NCBI RefSeq assembly: GCF_004010195.1
Contig: NC_057759.1
Location: 6,518,734 to 6,582,733 of the forward strand
Origin: Chiloscyllium plagiosum
Taxonomy: Eukaryota
Length of the DNA stretch: 64,000 bases
Reading direction: 5' to 3'
Shown in pieces: positions 38,891 to 53,295 of this stretch. The stretch's first letter is position 1; every line of letters starts with the position of its first letter. The notes under the pieces were generated by a model. That model had not been told where the DNA came from, searched no databases, and saw nothing but the letters and a program-made list of their open reading frames with translations. The position numbers and the translations under genes were made by a program.

Positions 38891-39971
38891 GCAATTAATT
38901 ATGCAATTAATCTCTTCATTTCACATTTTAAAAGCACTCTGGTATGTTGAATGAACATCACAGAACGTTATTCCGGGTGAGCATAGTAATCGTCTTTAGA
39001 CAATATTTTAATGTTGTCCATCCTTTGTGCACTAGTTCTGACATCAGCAAAAGCTCCACATTTGCCATCCCAGTCCTGCAGCTGCTCTGGTTAGATCTCG
39101 CTTCATTTTGAAAATCTCTCACCGACAGCAGAAAGCCTCATTTACTGCAATCTGATATCGGACAAAACAGTGCTAGAGACCCAGGTTCGAGTCGACCAGG
39201 CATGGAACTAAAGACATAGACCTCTAATCGTAAGATGCATCTGCTCCTCGTACACAAAGACAGGGGCACGTTTCTTTTTCGTTTTCCTGGGGTAATATTC
39301 ACTGTTCATATCCCACCGTGAATGGTGGCTCCAGACTGATCAAGTGTTAAAGTGTAACTTCAAGAAATAGAAACAGCCGAAAAATGACTCACTAGTGCTC
39401 AAATACTCGACAGCGAGGGAAAACGGGACTGAAGACACAATAATTAAATAATGTGCAACAATAAAAAAAACATGCAGGATGAATAGACAAATGCAGAATA
39501 AATCTCACTTTCAAACAAAAGAAGCTTCAATACTGTCTACGTTCAAGTCGAAACCAAATGTCTCAGTGATAACACAAAACCCTAAGCAAGGAAACATCCT
39601 ACACTGATTGACAGGATCAGTTTTTGTTTTAATAAGCTGATCTGTCCATTGCTACATGATATTTTTATACTGATACTCTGTACAATAGGATGTGATTGCC
39701 TTTTATTCATCTGAATCACAGTTTTGGTACAGCACAGACGCAGGCCATTTATCCCATTCTATTCTTTCACTGTTGTGCATACAAATTTTCAGTAATTGTT
39801 GGGATTCTGAACTATATACCTATCTCCTCTCCTCTTCTTTACCTCACAGACTAAGTAAAGACTCAGAATTCACAAAATGTTTAGAGTTTAAGATAAAGAC
39901 CCCGTTTCAACATCCTCATAACTTCTCCAATGGAATAAATCACAGTCACAGAAAATATTAGAGGCTGCCAG

Positions 39972-41731
39972 GGAACTTGATTGAGTTTTGTGAAGAAGTA
40001 CCAAAGAGGATTGATGAGGGCAGCGTGGTAGATGTGATCTATATGGACTTCAGTAAGGCTAGCCATTTGGATGCAGAACTGGCTCAAAGGTAGAAGACAG
40101 AGGGTGGTGGTGGAGGGTTGTTTTTCAGACTGGAGGCCTGTGACCAGTGGAGTGCCACAAGGATTGGTGCTGGTCCTCTACGTTTTGTCATTTATGTAAA
40201 TTATTTGGATGTGAGCATGAGAGGTACAGTTAATAAGTTTGCAGGTGACACAAAAATTGGAGGAAATTCTTGGCAGTGTGGAGGAACAGAGGTATCTGGA
40301 TATGCAAGTATATAGATCAAAGTTGCCAGATAGGCATGTGGTGTTTGGCTTTCATTAACAGGGGTATCAATGTTAAGAGCTCTACAAGTCCCGGGTGAGA
40401 CCACATTTGGAATATTGTGTCAGTTCTGGTCGCCCTACTACAGGAAAGATACAGAGGCTTTGAAGAGGATGCTGCCTGGACTGGAGGGCTTGCCTTAGGA
40501 AGAAAGGTTGAATAAACTCAGACTTTTCTCTTGGGACAGAAGGAGGAATAGAGGAGATCTGATCAAGGTGTACAAAATAATGAGAGGAATAGACAGAGAC
40601 TTTTCCTCAGGGCAGGAATGACTGGTACGATAAGTTATAGTTTGAAGTTATTAGGAGCAAGGTATAAAGGAGACATCGAGGTAGGTTCTTTATGCAGAGA
40701 GTTGTGAATGCATGGAATGCATTGCCAGCTGAGTTGGTGGAAGCGAAGTCATTGGGGACATTTAAGTGACTGCTGGACATGCACATAAATAGCAGTGAGT
40801 TGAGGGGTGCGTAGGTTAAGTTACTATATTTTACATTAGGATTAAGTCTCGGCACAACATCATGGGCCTAAGGCCTGTTCTATGCTGTACTTTCCTATGT
40901 TTTATGTAGTGGACAGCGAAGAAGGTTAACTCAGATTACAACAGGTCCGTGACCATATGGGCCAATGGGCTGAGAATTGGCACATGGAGTTTAATTCAGA
41001 TAAATGCGAGGTGCTACATTTTGGGAAAGCCAATCTTAGCAGGACTTATACACTTAATGGTAAGGTCCTAAGGAGTGTTGCTGAACAAAGAGACCTTGGA
41101 ATGCAGGTTCATAGCTCCTTGAAAGTGGAGTTGCAGGTAGATAGGATAGTGAAGAAGACTTTTGGTATGCTTTCTTTTATTGGTCAGAGTATTAAGTACA
41201 GGAGTTAGGAGGTCATTTTGCGACTTTGCAGGACATTGGTTAGGCTGCTGTTGGAATATTGTGTGCAATTCTGGTCTCCTTCCTATTGGAAAGATGTTGT
41301 GAAACTTGAAAGGGTTCAGAAAAGACTTACAAGGATGTTGCCAGAGTTGGAGGATTTGAGCTACAGGGAGAGGCTGAACAGGCTGTGGCTGTTTTCCTTG
41401 GAGTGTCAGAGGTTGAGGGGTGACCTTATAGAGGTTCATAAAGCCAGAAGGGGCATGGATAGGATAAATAGACAAAGTCTTTTCCCTGCGTTTAGGTTTA
41501 GGGAGAGAGGGGAAAGATGTAAACGAGGCCTACCCTTTGCCAGAGGAAGTGGTGAAGGCTGGTATAATTGCAACATTTAAGAGGCATTTGGATGGGTATA
41601 TGAATAGGAAGTGTTTGGAGGGATATGGGCCGGGTGCTGGCAGGCGGGACTAGATTGGGTTGGGATATTTGGTCAGCATGGGCGAGTTGGACCGAAGGGT
41701 CTGTTTCCATGCTATACATCTCTATGACTCC
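39972..41731 (+). mobile_element. CR1 RT/3' end with a second CR1 (about 40262-40905) nested inside
   Basis: The host KFAGDTKIGG ... VDSEEG sequence is split by a different CR1 3' end with its own tail. Confidence 0.85.
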
Positions 41732-41855
41732 ATGCTAGCAAATGAGATTTGATTACTTTAGGGTATCTGGTCAATGTGGACTAGTTGGATCAAAGGCTGT
41801 ATGACTCTACAACCTGAAAGTTACAGGTTGATAACTAGACTCTCACATATACTTG

Positions 41856-42021
41856 GTAAAAGCAATGACTGCAGATGCTGGAAACCAGATTCTGGATTCT
41901 CTCCACCCCTCAGGCTCTCTGCCTGTATTCTTGATGAAGGGCTTTTGCCCGAAATGTCGATTTTACTGCTCCTCGGATGCTGCCTGAACTGCTGTGCCCT
42001 TCCAGCACCACTAATCCAGAA
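41856..42021. mobile_element. Short Penelope-derived element with hammerhead variant
   Basis: TTGATGAAGGGCTTTTGCCCGAAATGTCGATT at 41931-41962; flanked by TCTCACATATACTTG (41841-41855 and 42022-42036). Confidence 0.85.
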
Positions 42022-42698
42022 TCTCACATATACTTGACAGGTGCCATATGATGAATGCAATTACATAGTCAGAAATCAAAGATTGACAGGTACAAATTAA
42101 TAACTGCACCCTGAGATACACATAGCAAAAGCTGACATGCATATACTCATACATCACAGAACAGCCCTTCAGGCACCATGTCTGCACCCAAAATAATTAC
42201 CACTGATAGTTTGCTAATTTCCTGCACTTGTCCTATATCCTTAAATGGTATGACATTTCAAGTGCTCATCCAAATACTAAGGTTAAGGTTTCTGGGCTCC
42301 ACTGCCTTCCCATGCAGTATCTTCAAGATTTCCGCCACATGCTGAGTGAAAGAGATTTTCCCTCAATATATTTAACCCTTACCCTACACCATAGAGAGAA
42401 TCCTTAACCTTTACCATATTCTAACCCAATCACCACTTGTGATTGATCGTTCAAACAAGGGAAACAGCTTCTCTCCATACGCCTCATAATCTTTCACACC
42501 ACAATCATGTGCCACCACCTCAGTCATCTCTGCTCTAGAAAAAAACAGTCCAAGCTCATAGAGTCTCCCCTTTTTTTGGAAGTAATATTTGTGCTTTGAT
42601 CCTGTTCCCCCATACTGGGTTTGGGTTTAGCACTGCTGCTGTCACTGTCAAAAATCACACAACACCAGGTTATAGTCCAACAGGTTTAATTGGAAGCA

Positions 42699-42733
42699 CA
42701 CTAGCTTTCGGAGCGACACTCCTTCATCAGGTG
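42699..42733 (-). ncRNA. Minimal hammerhead ribozyme motif in a Penelope-type terminal fragment (about 42646-42890)
   Basis: Minus strand CAC-CTGATGA-AGGAGTGTCGCTCC-GAAA-GCTA-GTG: intact core, stem I CAC/GTG, stem II GGAG/CTCC, palindromic AGCT. Confidence 0.78.
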
Positions 42734-43699
42734 ATTGTGGAGGGCTCAATCGTAACACAGAATTTATAGCAAAAATTTGCAGTGTGATGTAACTGAAATT
42801 ATACATTGAAAAATTGATTGTCTGTTAAGCCTTTCATCTGTTAGAATACAGTGATAGTTTCACTTCTTTCATGTGTAAATCACAAAACCAAAAATTTAAA
42901 CTGACCTAAGGGACAACCTTTCATGCAGAGGATGATGTCCATGTGGAATGAGCTTTCAGAGGAAGTGATGAAGGTGGGAACAATTACAATGTTTAAAAGT
43001 AACCTGGTTGAGTAAATGAACAGGAAGGATTTAAAGGCATATGAGATTTGGTCAGTTTAGGATTTCTAGTCAGAGTGGACTAGTTGGATCAAAGGTTGCA
43101 TGACTCTACAACCTGAAAGTTGTAGGTTGATAAATACAATTACACAGTCATAAACCAGAGACTGACAGGTACAGATTAATAACTGCACTCTGAGATACAC
43201 AGAGAAAAAGCCCTTCACCCACAATAACCACCACTCAAGGTGTGCTAATTTCCTGTACTTGTCCCATATCCTTAACTGTTATGACATTTGAAGTGCTCAT
43301 CCAAATACCTTTTAAAGGTTAAGATTTCTAACCTTTACTACCTTCCCAGGCAGTGTCTTCTAGATTCCCACCAGTGAAAAAGGTTTTACTATATCTGTAC
43401 CCCTTACACGCCATCATAGTGAGAATCCTTATCCTTACCATATCCTAACCCAATCACCACTTGTGATTGATCGCTCAAACAAGGGAAACAGCTTCTCTTT
43501 ATTCACCCTGTCCATACGCCTCATAATTTTTTACGCCACAATCATGTGCCCCCATTCAGTCAACTCTGCTCGAGAGAAAACAATCCAAGCTTATTTAGGC
43601 TCTCCTTCTCTTTTGGAAGTAATATTTGTGCTTTGATCCTAATCCCCCATACTGGACCTAGGCTTAGCACTGCTGCTGTCACGGTCGGTTTAATGGGAA

Positions 43700-44110
43700 T
43701 GATTTATTCCTGTGTCCTTAAGCAGCGCATGCGCAAAGCTGCCCCTTTCCCCACCCCCCAATGCTGACCGTTCCTGACGAGAGGAGCGCATGCGTGAGGC
43801 CCTCCCCCAGTGCTGCCATTGAGGAGCATTTACTCAGTGAGTGCAAGAGGTTTGTTTGAAACAGACCGCAATGGGAGATCAGCGCCCAGGGAGGCGAGGG
43901 AACAGCAGGCTCCTTCCAGCAGCACATCGGGATGGGAGACCGGGATTGATTCGGGGTGAGTTCAGGGGGAACCGGGGGCTGTTTGTAAGAGGCCGAGCGG
44001 AGCAGGAACTGGTCCCGGAACTTGGAGTGAGCGGGCTGGGGGGAAGAGAGAGGCCTTTCTCGGGCTGTGTGTGGGCCTGCTGAGGGAGGCAGAGCGGGAA
44101 GAAGCTGCTG
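43700..44110 (+). promoter_or_regulatory. GC-rich promoter-like island with NRF1-type motifs and a candidate first exon
   Basis: GCGCATGCGC at 43725-43734 and GCGCATGCGT at 43786-43795; consensus donor GGG|GTGAGT at 43956. Confidence 0.55.
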
Positions 44111-45330
44111 TGGGACATTCTTGTGGTTTGCAATCCCCTAAACACTGATGGGAATTCTGTTTGGCTTCTGTTTCACGCTGTTTGTTGATATTGGGCGGTG
44201 AATAATGGAAGCACAGACCACAATTTTGTGACAATCCTATAAAGGACACGTATTAGAGTGAACAGATTTGAAGTTTCGAGTAAAGCATTTAGACATAGCG
44301 TTCCTCGTTCTTTCCTTCAACATTTAGTGCATTCTCAGCTTGCTATTGATGTATGTCATCATTGCAGCTGCGTCAGGTTCATGGAGGCGTGCAGATGTTA
44401 GTTCTGGATCTCACCCAATTGTCACAAAGTTGCAAATAAAAGAAACGGAGACCAGGAGCCACTGAGGGAAAGAGTGGAATCGAAACTTGGTTCTGTTTGA
44501 ATTGCTAGGTTTGAAAATACCCTCGTGATTATTAACTGACTGCCACACTGATCAGTTTAATCTTCCCTTACTTGGTTTTTGTTGATTTACAGCTGAAAAA
44601 TCTTCTGTCTTCTGCCAAGCAAATATTTGAATGACGAAGACAATGTCATATTTCCTCAGTACAAAGCGAAGTGTGACCATCTGCTTCTAACAAACAGCAG
44701 GTATGTTACCCCTGTCAAATCAGAGAACATCCTTTCCACAGGCACAGAGCAGATTGGTTCAGGCTTAGTTTGACTTCAATTTCCAGAGATATATCCAAAC
44801 AAACAAACAAACAGTCAGACACAACTGCAATAAGGCAAGTTTCTTTTTTTTTTCTGCATTCTCCACGGACATCTTCCTGGTTTCATGAATATGATTCATA
44901 GGCCCTGAACATTCACAGCATGTTTGTAGCTGACTGGTTGTTTTAAGTAGGCAACTGGTGTACTAAATCAAGTTTACATTTAATAAGGGCATTTTAAATG
45001 TCACAAACCGGATAAACAATGACATCATACTTTTACATAGTTTCAACAGCGATATGTGACAAGTAGTGAATCTTTATTGAGAACACACACATATACAAAG
45101 GTACTGATTGATTCAGATTGCACCACTATATCAACACACAATATACAGACACTAACAGCAGTGTACACACATTTATACTGTAGGAAACAGAAATGAATAT
45201 ATACAAAATGTTTACACAAAAACAAGCAACTAAATCCCATTCAGGCAGCATTCCATTTCAATAAGAGTGTCATGCAGCAGGGAACCTGCCAACCCCACCT
45301 TGATCTCAGCATCATTCTCAACATACTTAC

Positions 45331-45785
45331 CTTGCAGGGATAGAAATTGCATTTTCACACTGCCCTGTATTAATTTTTTTATTAAAAATGTGTAACTTGG
45401 TCTCCAAATTCCCTTTAATCTTCTACAAAGAATCCCAAATACCCCACCTATGAAATATCACAAAAAATCAAGAAAATCAAATGTCATTTTGTCAATTTAA
45501 CAATATAATCAAGTAATCACCCTTTAATTCAATAAAGAAATTTAGCCAGTCTTGTAATTTGTAAATTCTCTTTTTTTTTTGCAAGAGATCAACCACATTC
45601 AATAAATTTGCCTGCATGATTTAAATCTTCTCCACTGTATGACAAAAAACAAATCTTTTCACTTACCTCATTGGCACCATAGAGCATCAGGAGAGTACTG
45701 CTAATGGCTTGCACCATCACACCACAGAGCAGGATTATGTAACACTCACAATAGAATAATGAAGTGAACTAGTCAATTCTCTTTC
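45331..45785 (-). pseudogene. Decayed transmembrane exon plus short downstream exon of a putative receptor gene
   Basis: Exon 45785-45667 lies between CTGACCACAATGTTCCTGCTACAG and GAG|GTAAGT and reads KRID*FTSLFYCECYIILLCGVMVQAISSTLLMLYGANE. Exon 45364-45331 ends at CAAG|GTAAGT. Homologues occur at about 11350-11490 and 34730-34800. Confidence 0.4.
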
Positions 45786-47365
45786 CTGTAGCAGGAACAT
45801 TGTGGTCAGTCGGCTACAATACAATTTATTAGTTTGTTCCCCTTTCCTTTTGATACTACCAAAGGAATGTAACACCTCTCCATTTCTCAACATTATTCAC
45901 AAAAGTATGTAGCTATGCATTGAGGAAAAACTGATGACATCCTGAAGAACAGCCCATGGTATCATTCCTGCCAGTTCGAGTCTGCACTACAGGAGTTGGA
46001 AAACCCTTTAATTTTCCATTACACAATCCATGACACAAAACAAGTGCACTGAGCAGAAACTAACAGGTACATATTGATAAGTGCACTCACACATTCACAT
46101 AGCTGAAATTGACAGGCAAAGATTAATATCTATATTCAGAGACACAAAGCAGAAGCTGGCATGTACAGTTTGATGACTATACTTATACATTTACAGAGCA
46201 GTCAGATTGGTAACTATATTCTGATGTTCACATTGCAGAAAAGTTCATGTACAGATTGCTAACTGCACACTGTAACACGTATAGGAGAAATCGACAAGGA
46301 GAAATTGAAGACAATATTTACATATCAGAACTGGCAGGTACAAATTGGTAAGCGCATTCACATATTCACAACACAGAAGCTGATAGGATAAATGCACTCA
46401 CACATTCACATGGCAGACACTGAGAGTTATAGATTAATAACTGCACACTCAAATACACAGAGCTAAAACTGATCGGAACAAATTAGTAAATGCACCCTGA
46501 CATTCACATTGTAGTGACTAACCGAGGTAGTTAATGATAGAGAAACATTTTTTATCAAACTATCATATCCACAAAGCAGAAACTGTCAGGAACAGATTAG
46601 CAATAACACTCAGTTTTATATTGCTTAAAGCACAGCAGAATCTGACAAGTATAGATCGATAACAATACTCAGTTTGCCAAACAAAGCCTGACAACTACAC
46701 TCTCATATTCAACTCATATTCACATGGCAGAAACAGTTACAGATATCTACTCTCACCCATTCACATTGCAGTAACTGGGACAGATTGATGATGACACTCA
46801 CTCATTCATATGACAGAAATTATCAGCTCCATAACTAACATCACATATAGATGTTGGAGAAGCTGACAGCTAGAGACTGATAATTATACTCTCATTCACA
46901 TTGCAGAAACTGCACTCACATATTCACATAGAAACTGACAGGTACAGATTTATAACCACAGCTACACATTCATATTGCAATAACTGATAGGGATAGATTG
47001 GCCCTCCCTTTGAGATATTCTAAAAAAAAGTAAGAAAACAATTTCATTTATTCAAATTACCAATACAGCTTCCTACAACATCAAGTGATATACTTGATCA
47101 GGTCAGAGTTTGATACACCTTTGTCTTTTTTAACATCTCTAACACCTCCTCTTTTGGCATGTGCACTGATATCAAATATTTTTCAAGATATCAATATATA
47201 TTTCCCCAAGTTTCCTAGCCTCCACTCCTATGTCTCCAGGCATAGAACATATTCATATTACAAAAAATAGCAGATTCAGATTGATAAATGCATTCATACA
47301 TTATCAAATCAGAAACTTGTGGGGAGTGATTAATAACTAATCATTTTATATTTAATAATTCATCT

Positions 47366-47524
47366 TTAAAGTTTGGGAGAAGATTTGTAGCTCGGGTGCT
47401 CGTTGTTGTGGTTCTGTTCGCCGAGCTGGGAATTTGTGTTGCAGACGTTTTGTCCCCTGTCTGGGTGACATCCTCAGTGCTTGGGAGCCTCCTGTGAAGC
47501 GCTTCTGTGATCTTTTCCTCCGGC
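47366..47524 (-). mobile_element. Penelope terminal fragment with degenerate hammerhead
   Basis: Flanked by AATAATTCATCT (47354-47365 and 47525-47536); minus strand CTGAGGA...AAAACGTC. Confidence 0.75.
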
Positions 47525-47564
47525 AATAATTCATCTAGCAGAAACTTTCAGGGAGAGTCTTTTA

Positions 47565-47912
47565 GTAAGAATTAGAATCCATACAGTTTCAAAACAGAAT
47601 GTTCAGCCTGGCAAGTCTACACCGACCCTCTGAAGATTATCTCAACCAGAGCCATTCCCTTATCACTCTACATTTATTCCACACTAATGCACCTAACCCA
47701 CACATCTCTGAACACGATGGGCAATATAGAATGGCCAATTCACCTAACTTGTTCTTTGGACTGTGGGATGAAACCAGGGCACCCAGAGGGAATCCACACA
47801 GACACGGGGAGTATGTGCAAACTCCACGCAGACACTCGCCCGAGGCTGGAATCGAATCCAAGTCCCTGGCGCTGTGAGGCAACAGAGCCAACCATTGAGC
47901 CACTGTGCCGCA
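47565..47912 (-). mobile_element. tRNA-derived SINE
   Basis: Reverse complement of the SINE head (GCGGCACAGTGGCTCAATGGTTGGC) and body. Confidence 0.88.
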
Positions 47913-50900
47913 CTATACAAGAATATTCATACTGCAGAAACTGACTGGTACAGATTGATTACAACACTTGTATGTTCACAGAACGGGAACTGGTAGTTAC
48001 AGATTGATAACTACATTTTCATATTCACTGCAGAAAATGACAGGTATGATTTAATGAATATATTTGCATTTTTACAAGCAGAAACATTCAGGGATATATT
48101 AATAGCTGCACTCATACATTCACATATCTGAAATTGACTGTTACAGATCAAAAATTTGACTTGCTTATTGTTGTAGCAGAAACTGAGACACACAGATTGA
48201 TACTTGCACTCACATTCAGACAGCAGAAACTGACAGGCACAGATGGATAACTACACTCACTTGGAGGAAACTGACAAGAATTTTCCCACAGCATAACCTA
48301 ACAGGTAAAAATTTATTACTACACTTCCAAGTTCACAGAGGGATAAACACACTGTCATGTACAGTTTGATAATGATACTCAAACATAACAGATCAGAATC
48401 TCACAGGTACATATTAGGAACTACACTCTCTCATTCACCTCGCAGAAATTGAAAGATGCAGACTGATAACTACACCGACACATTCATAGCACAAACTGAT
48501 AGGAACAGGTGGACAACTACCCTCATTCATTTATGAAGCAGAAACTAACAGGTACAGATGATAACCACCACTTACATATTCACAGGACAGAAAGTTACTG
48601 TCATAAATTCATAACTGGACTAACACATTCACATTACAGAAACTGACGTACATTTTGATAAAGGCATTCGAACGTTACCAAACCAGAAACTTACAGCTAC
48701 ATATTCATGTCAACGCTGTCATAGACAGACAGCAGAAACTCACAGGGGTAGGTTAGGAAATACATATACGCATTCACATAGTGGAAATTGACATGTCCAT
48801 ATTAATGACTATATTTGGATGTTCACAAAGCAAAGACAGATTGATAACTGCACCATATTCACAGAGCAAAATCTGACAGGTATATTTCTGTATGTACATG
48901 TCAGAAACTGACAGGTTTACAAATTGATAACCTTATTCACATATTCACAACACCAATACTGACAAGGAATGATTGATATATGCATTCACAGATTCACCAA
49001 GCAGAAACTGACTGACTGGTACAAATAAACAACTAAACTCACATGTTGAAATAGCAGAAACTGAAAGGTACAGACTGATAGCAACACTCTCTCATTCTCA
49101 TAACTCATACTGCCAGATATTGGTTGAGATGTACACTCTCAGTCACATAGCAAAAACTACCAGGTATAATTTAATTACTTCCTCGGATATATGGAGGAGA
49201 CAATGACAGGGACAGATTGGAAATTACACTCTTCTAGTCACATAACAGAAAATCACAGGTACAGTTTGATAACAACACTTCCACTTTCACTTAACATAAA
49301 CTCGCCAATTATGTTTGATAAGTACACTCAATTTCACACAGAATCTGATAGGTCGAGATTGAAAACTGCACTCTCATATTGACTTGGCAGAAACAGATAG
49401 GCATAGATTCAAACCTGTGCCCACATATTCACGTTGACGAAACTGACTGCTAAACTTCTGTAATATGCAGCGAAAATTTTCTGACAAGTATAATTTGAAA
49501 AACACACTCAAATATTCATAGGGCAGAATGTATTGATCATAACACTGTCTCACCGAGCATAAACTGACAGGGAAATATTGATAAATACACTCACATATTC
49601 ACATTGCAGAGACTGACAGGAAGCATTGCTTCCGAATTTCTCATATTTACACAGTGGAATTGGTCAGGCATAGACTGACATTTTCACACACATTTTCAGC
49701 CAGAAAAACTGACAGGTATGGATTGGTAACTACATTTACAGATTCTGACAGGGACAGATTAAACTAAACTCTTAGAAAAACTCAAAGCAGAGTCTGATAG
49801 GTACAGAATGATAAATGCATTTACACATTCACAAAGCCAAAAACTGACAGTTACTCATTGATAATTAAACACTCTTATTTAGAGAACAGAAACTAATGAG
49901 GAAAGATTGAGCAATTTACTTTCACATTGCAAACACTGACTGCAATAGATTGATAAATACACCCACAGACACTGAGCAGAAACTGTTAGGTACAGATTGA
50001 TAACTGCACGCCTGTATGCATATAGCAGAAAGTGACATGGAAAAATTGATAACTACATTCACACATTCTCATTGCAGCATCTGACAGCAACACATTGATT
50101 GACAATCTCTTGTTCACATGTCAGAATTGACAGAGACTGAAAATGACAGTCACATTCACACAGCAAAATCTGACAGGTACAGATGGATAACAGCACTCTC
50201 ACATGCACACTGACTGAAACTGGCAGGCATATGTTGATAACTGCATTCATCTATTAACAAACCAGAAACTGAACAGGTACAGGTTATTACTGACACTCTC
50301 CGATTAACAGAGCAGAAACTGACAGGGATAGGCTGCTCAATAAACTCACACATTCACATTGTAGAGACTGACCAATATGTATTTATAACTGTATTTTGAC
50401 ATTTACAAGTAGAGATGGATAACTCCATTCAAATATTCCTACAGGAAAAATTGACGGGTCCAAAATGATAGCTATATTTACATATCCATGAAACAGAAAC
50501 TGGCAGGAACAAATTGAAAAATAAATTCAGATTGCAGAAATAGGGTTATGGGCTGGGTTATGTGCTGTTAGCAGGAAGATGGGAATAAATGGCCATTTGT
50601 TGTCTTTGGGTTGGAATGGACAAGATAGGCCAAATGGCCCTCTTATGTGCAATGTTATTTCAATGGATCTATAGTTCTATATCAATCTGTCGCTGTGAGT
50701 CACTGCTAGTTGAATACATAAGTAATTTAAGCAAGGCTTAGAAGGACAGAATGTGAGAGTGTGGTTGTTATTCACAAAGTAGGAATTGACATGAATAGTT
50801 CAATAACTAAACTCATATTCACAGACCCACTTGCATTGGATAGTCCCATTCATGGAGCTGTACAGTTATTGGTTAGTTTCTGGACCTCAGTCAATTGGTA

Positions 50901-52325
50901 TTGAATTAACAAAAAGAAACATCACTAGACATGGAGCAAGAGTAGAATCAGACATGTTGTTCTGTTTGAATTCCTGGCTTTAAAAACAATATCCTCATGA
51001 TTATTAACAGAATGTTGTGTTGATCAGCTAAAGATGGTCAAACTTGGCTGATGGTGATTTACAGGAGATTTCACTTCTGTCTTCCTCCAGGCAAATACTT
51101 GAAGGATCAAGACAATGTAATATTCCCTCGGTACAGAGCCAAGTGTGACTAGCTGCTTCTAACAAACAGCAGTTATTTTACTGCTATCAGAGCTAAGAGC
51201 ATTTTTTCCACTGTCAGAGTGAATTGAGTCAGCTACACATTGAGCTCAGTTTGAGAGAGAGATGTTCAAACAATTGACAAAATATCATTTTGTTTCTTTC
51301 TCACAGTTCACAATGCACATGTGTCCAGTTTGAACACATTCACCATTCACAGCTCATTGATATTTGCACAATTTTGAAACTGGAATGTCTGAATTCTTGT
51401 CCAAAATATGCACTCACGAACTGAAACAGATCTGCCTACAATCACCCACATAACAAGTATCACATAACGAATCACACCCTCACAGAGAATATTAGTGGCT
51501 GCCAGAGGGATACATCCCTTTACCAAATAGAAACTGACAAGCATGCATTGATACCTTTGTTCACTCGTTCACTTTGCAGAAACAAGCAAAAACGCATTAA
51601 TGATGACACATGAATTAACAAGGTAGTTACTTACACATGCACACACACATTACCTTTTGCAGGCACTGTCATGGATAGATTCATAACACTCAGATGTTCG
51701 CATGACAGAAAGTGACACACATTCTCTTATTTTCATTGCACATACCAACAGGAATGGGTTGACAACTACACTTTCATATTCAGATATCAGAAAGTATCAC
51801 GTACAGACGAATAACTGTGCTCAGTGTTCACCTATCAGCAAGTGGCATTACAGATCAATAACCAAACTCAACTGCTGTCAGGTAGAAACTGAAGGTGATA
51901 CTCTCATTCCCAAAGATAAAAGAAAAACTGACAGGTGCGTTAGGATAGCGAAAATTACATTCAGATGTCGGAAACTGACACGGACAGATAGGTAAGTGCA
52001 CTCACACTTTTACACAATAGTAACTGTCCTAGAAAGATTAATAAGTGCACTCCCATATTCACAATGCAGAAACTGACAGGTACAAGTTGATAACACTCCC
52101 ATTTCACAGAACATGAACTGACAGGTACAGTTTGATAACTAAACTCACATTCACACAGCAGAAACTGAGAGGGCAGATTTATAACAACAGTCACATACTT
52201 GAATTGTAATAACTGACAGGGACACATTAATAACAACATTTACATGTTCATGTGACAAGAATGGACAGGTACAGGTCGATAAATGAATTTGCATATCCAC
52301 AATGCAGGAAATGAGAGAGTGAGAC

Positions 52326-53295
52326 TGTGGCTTTAACAGGTTTTTGTCTTTTTGTTCTTGAAGAGCAAATTTAAGGCAGAGACATCGAGCCACGAGAGCA
52401 AACAGTTTCATGCCAAATGGGCATCTTTACAGAAAGCTGAAGACTCATCAACAGAAATACTTCGTGTTTCAGTAGGAGACCTTGAGTTTATTGTTTTTGG
52501 AGAAATTTAAGAACAAAAATTACAGACTGTTTAGATGAAGCTTACTATCGCAGCCATTCAATTTGCAAATTACATACATGGCAGGGCGAGAGAACCTAAT
52601 TGCCAAGGTGTTGTTGCGACTTTGATGAAAAAAGATGGAAGCATTACATAGCAGGAAAAAGTGGGCTGTTGTAGTGAGTGTTTGCATGCTTACAGTCAAT
52701 GAAATGTGTACGTATTGTTTACTAATCGTGTAAGGCTAAGCAATTTTTAAAAATTGGGCCATCTCTGTATATTGATCAGTTCATTTTAAGAGGGGTGGAA
52801 GGTTTGATGATATTGTGGCTTGAAGATATTTATTTTGTTCTTTCTTTCTTGTTGAAGAGAGGTTTTATGGCAGAAGTGTCAAGAAGTCTGCACTAGAGTA
52901 AACAGTTTGAGGCTCCTTTTAAAGTTGGAACAACAGAAGCAGCCTGAATGGGTGTGGTCAAGCTCTCACAGGATGACATTTTTAGTTTTGGCTTTCAGCA
53001 AAATTGTCGGTCTCTTGAAGACAGGAAAGCTATTTTTTTCCCTCTCAGTTACAGTCAGAAGCTGCAGATTCTCTTTCTGCTACTGGAGTCGGATGTGAGA
53101 CTATATATTTTATCGAATTTGTCTTTTGCCAAGGATGTTTATGGGATATTACTGTATTGGAACAGTTAATTAGGAAGTGATACTGGATCCATTATTCTGT
53201 TAAGTATTCCAGTAGAGTTAAGTTATTCAAATTTCTTCTTTATTGCGTTGTATGTTAACTACTGTGGACAGGATAAAATGCTCCTTTTAAAGCTA
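52326..53295 (+). mobile_element. Probable LTR inserted in the tandem array
   Basis: Abrupt interruption of the array; 53130-53240 resembles 20915-21020 of the LTR at 20584. Ends are not resolved. Confidence 0.5.
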
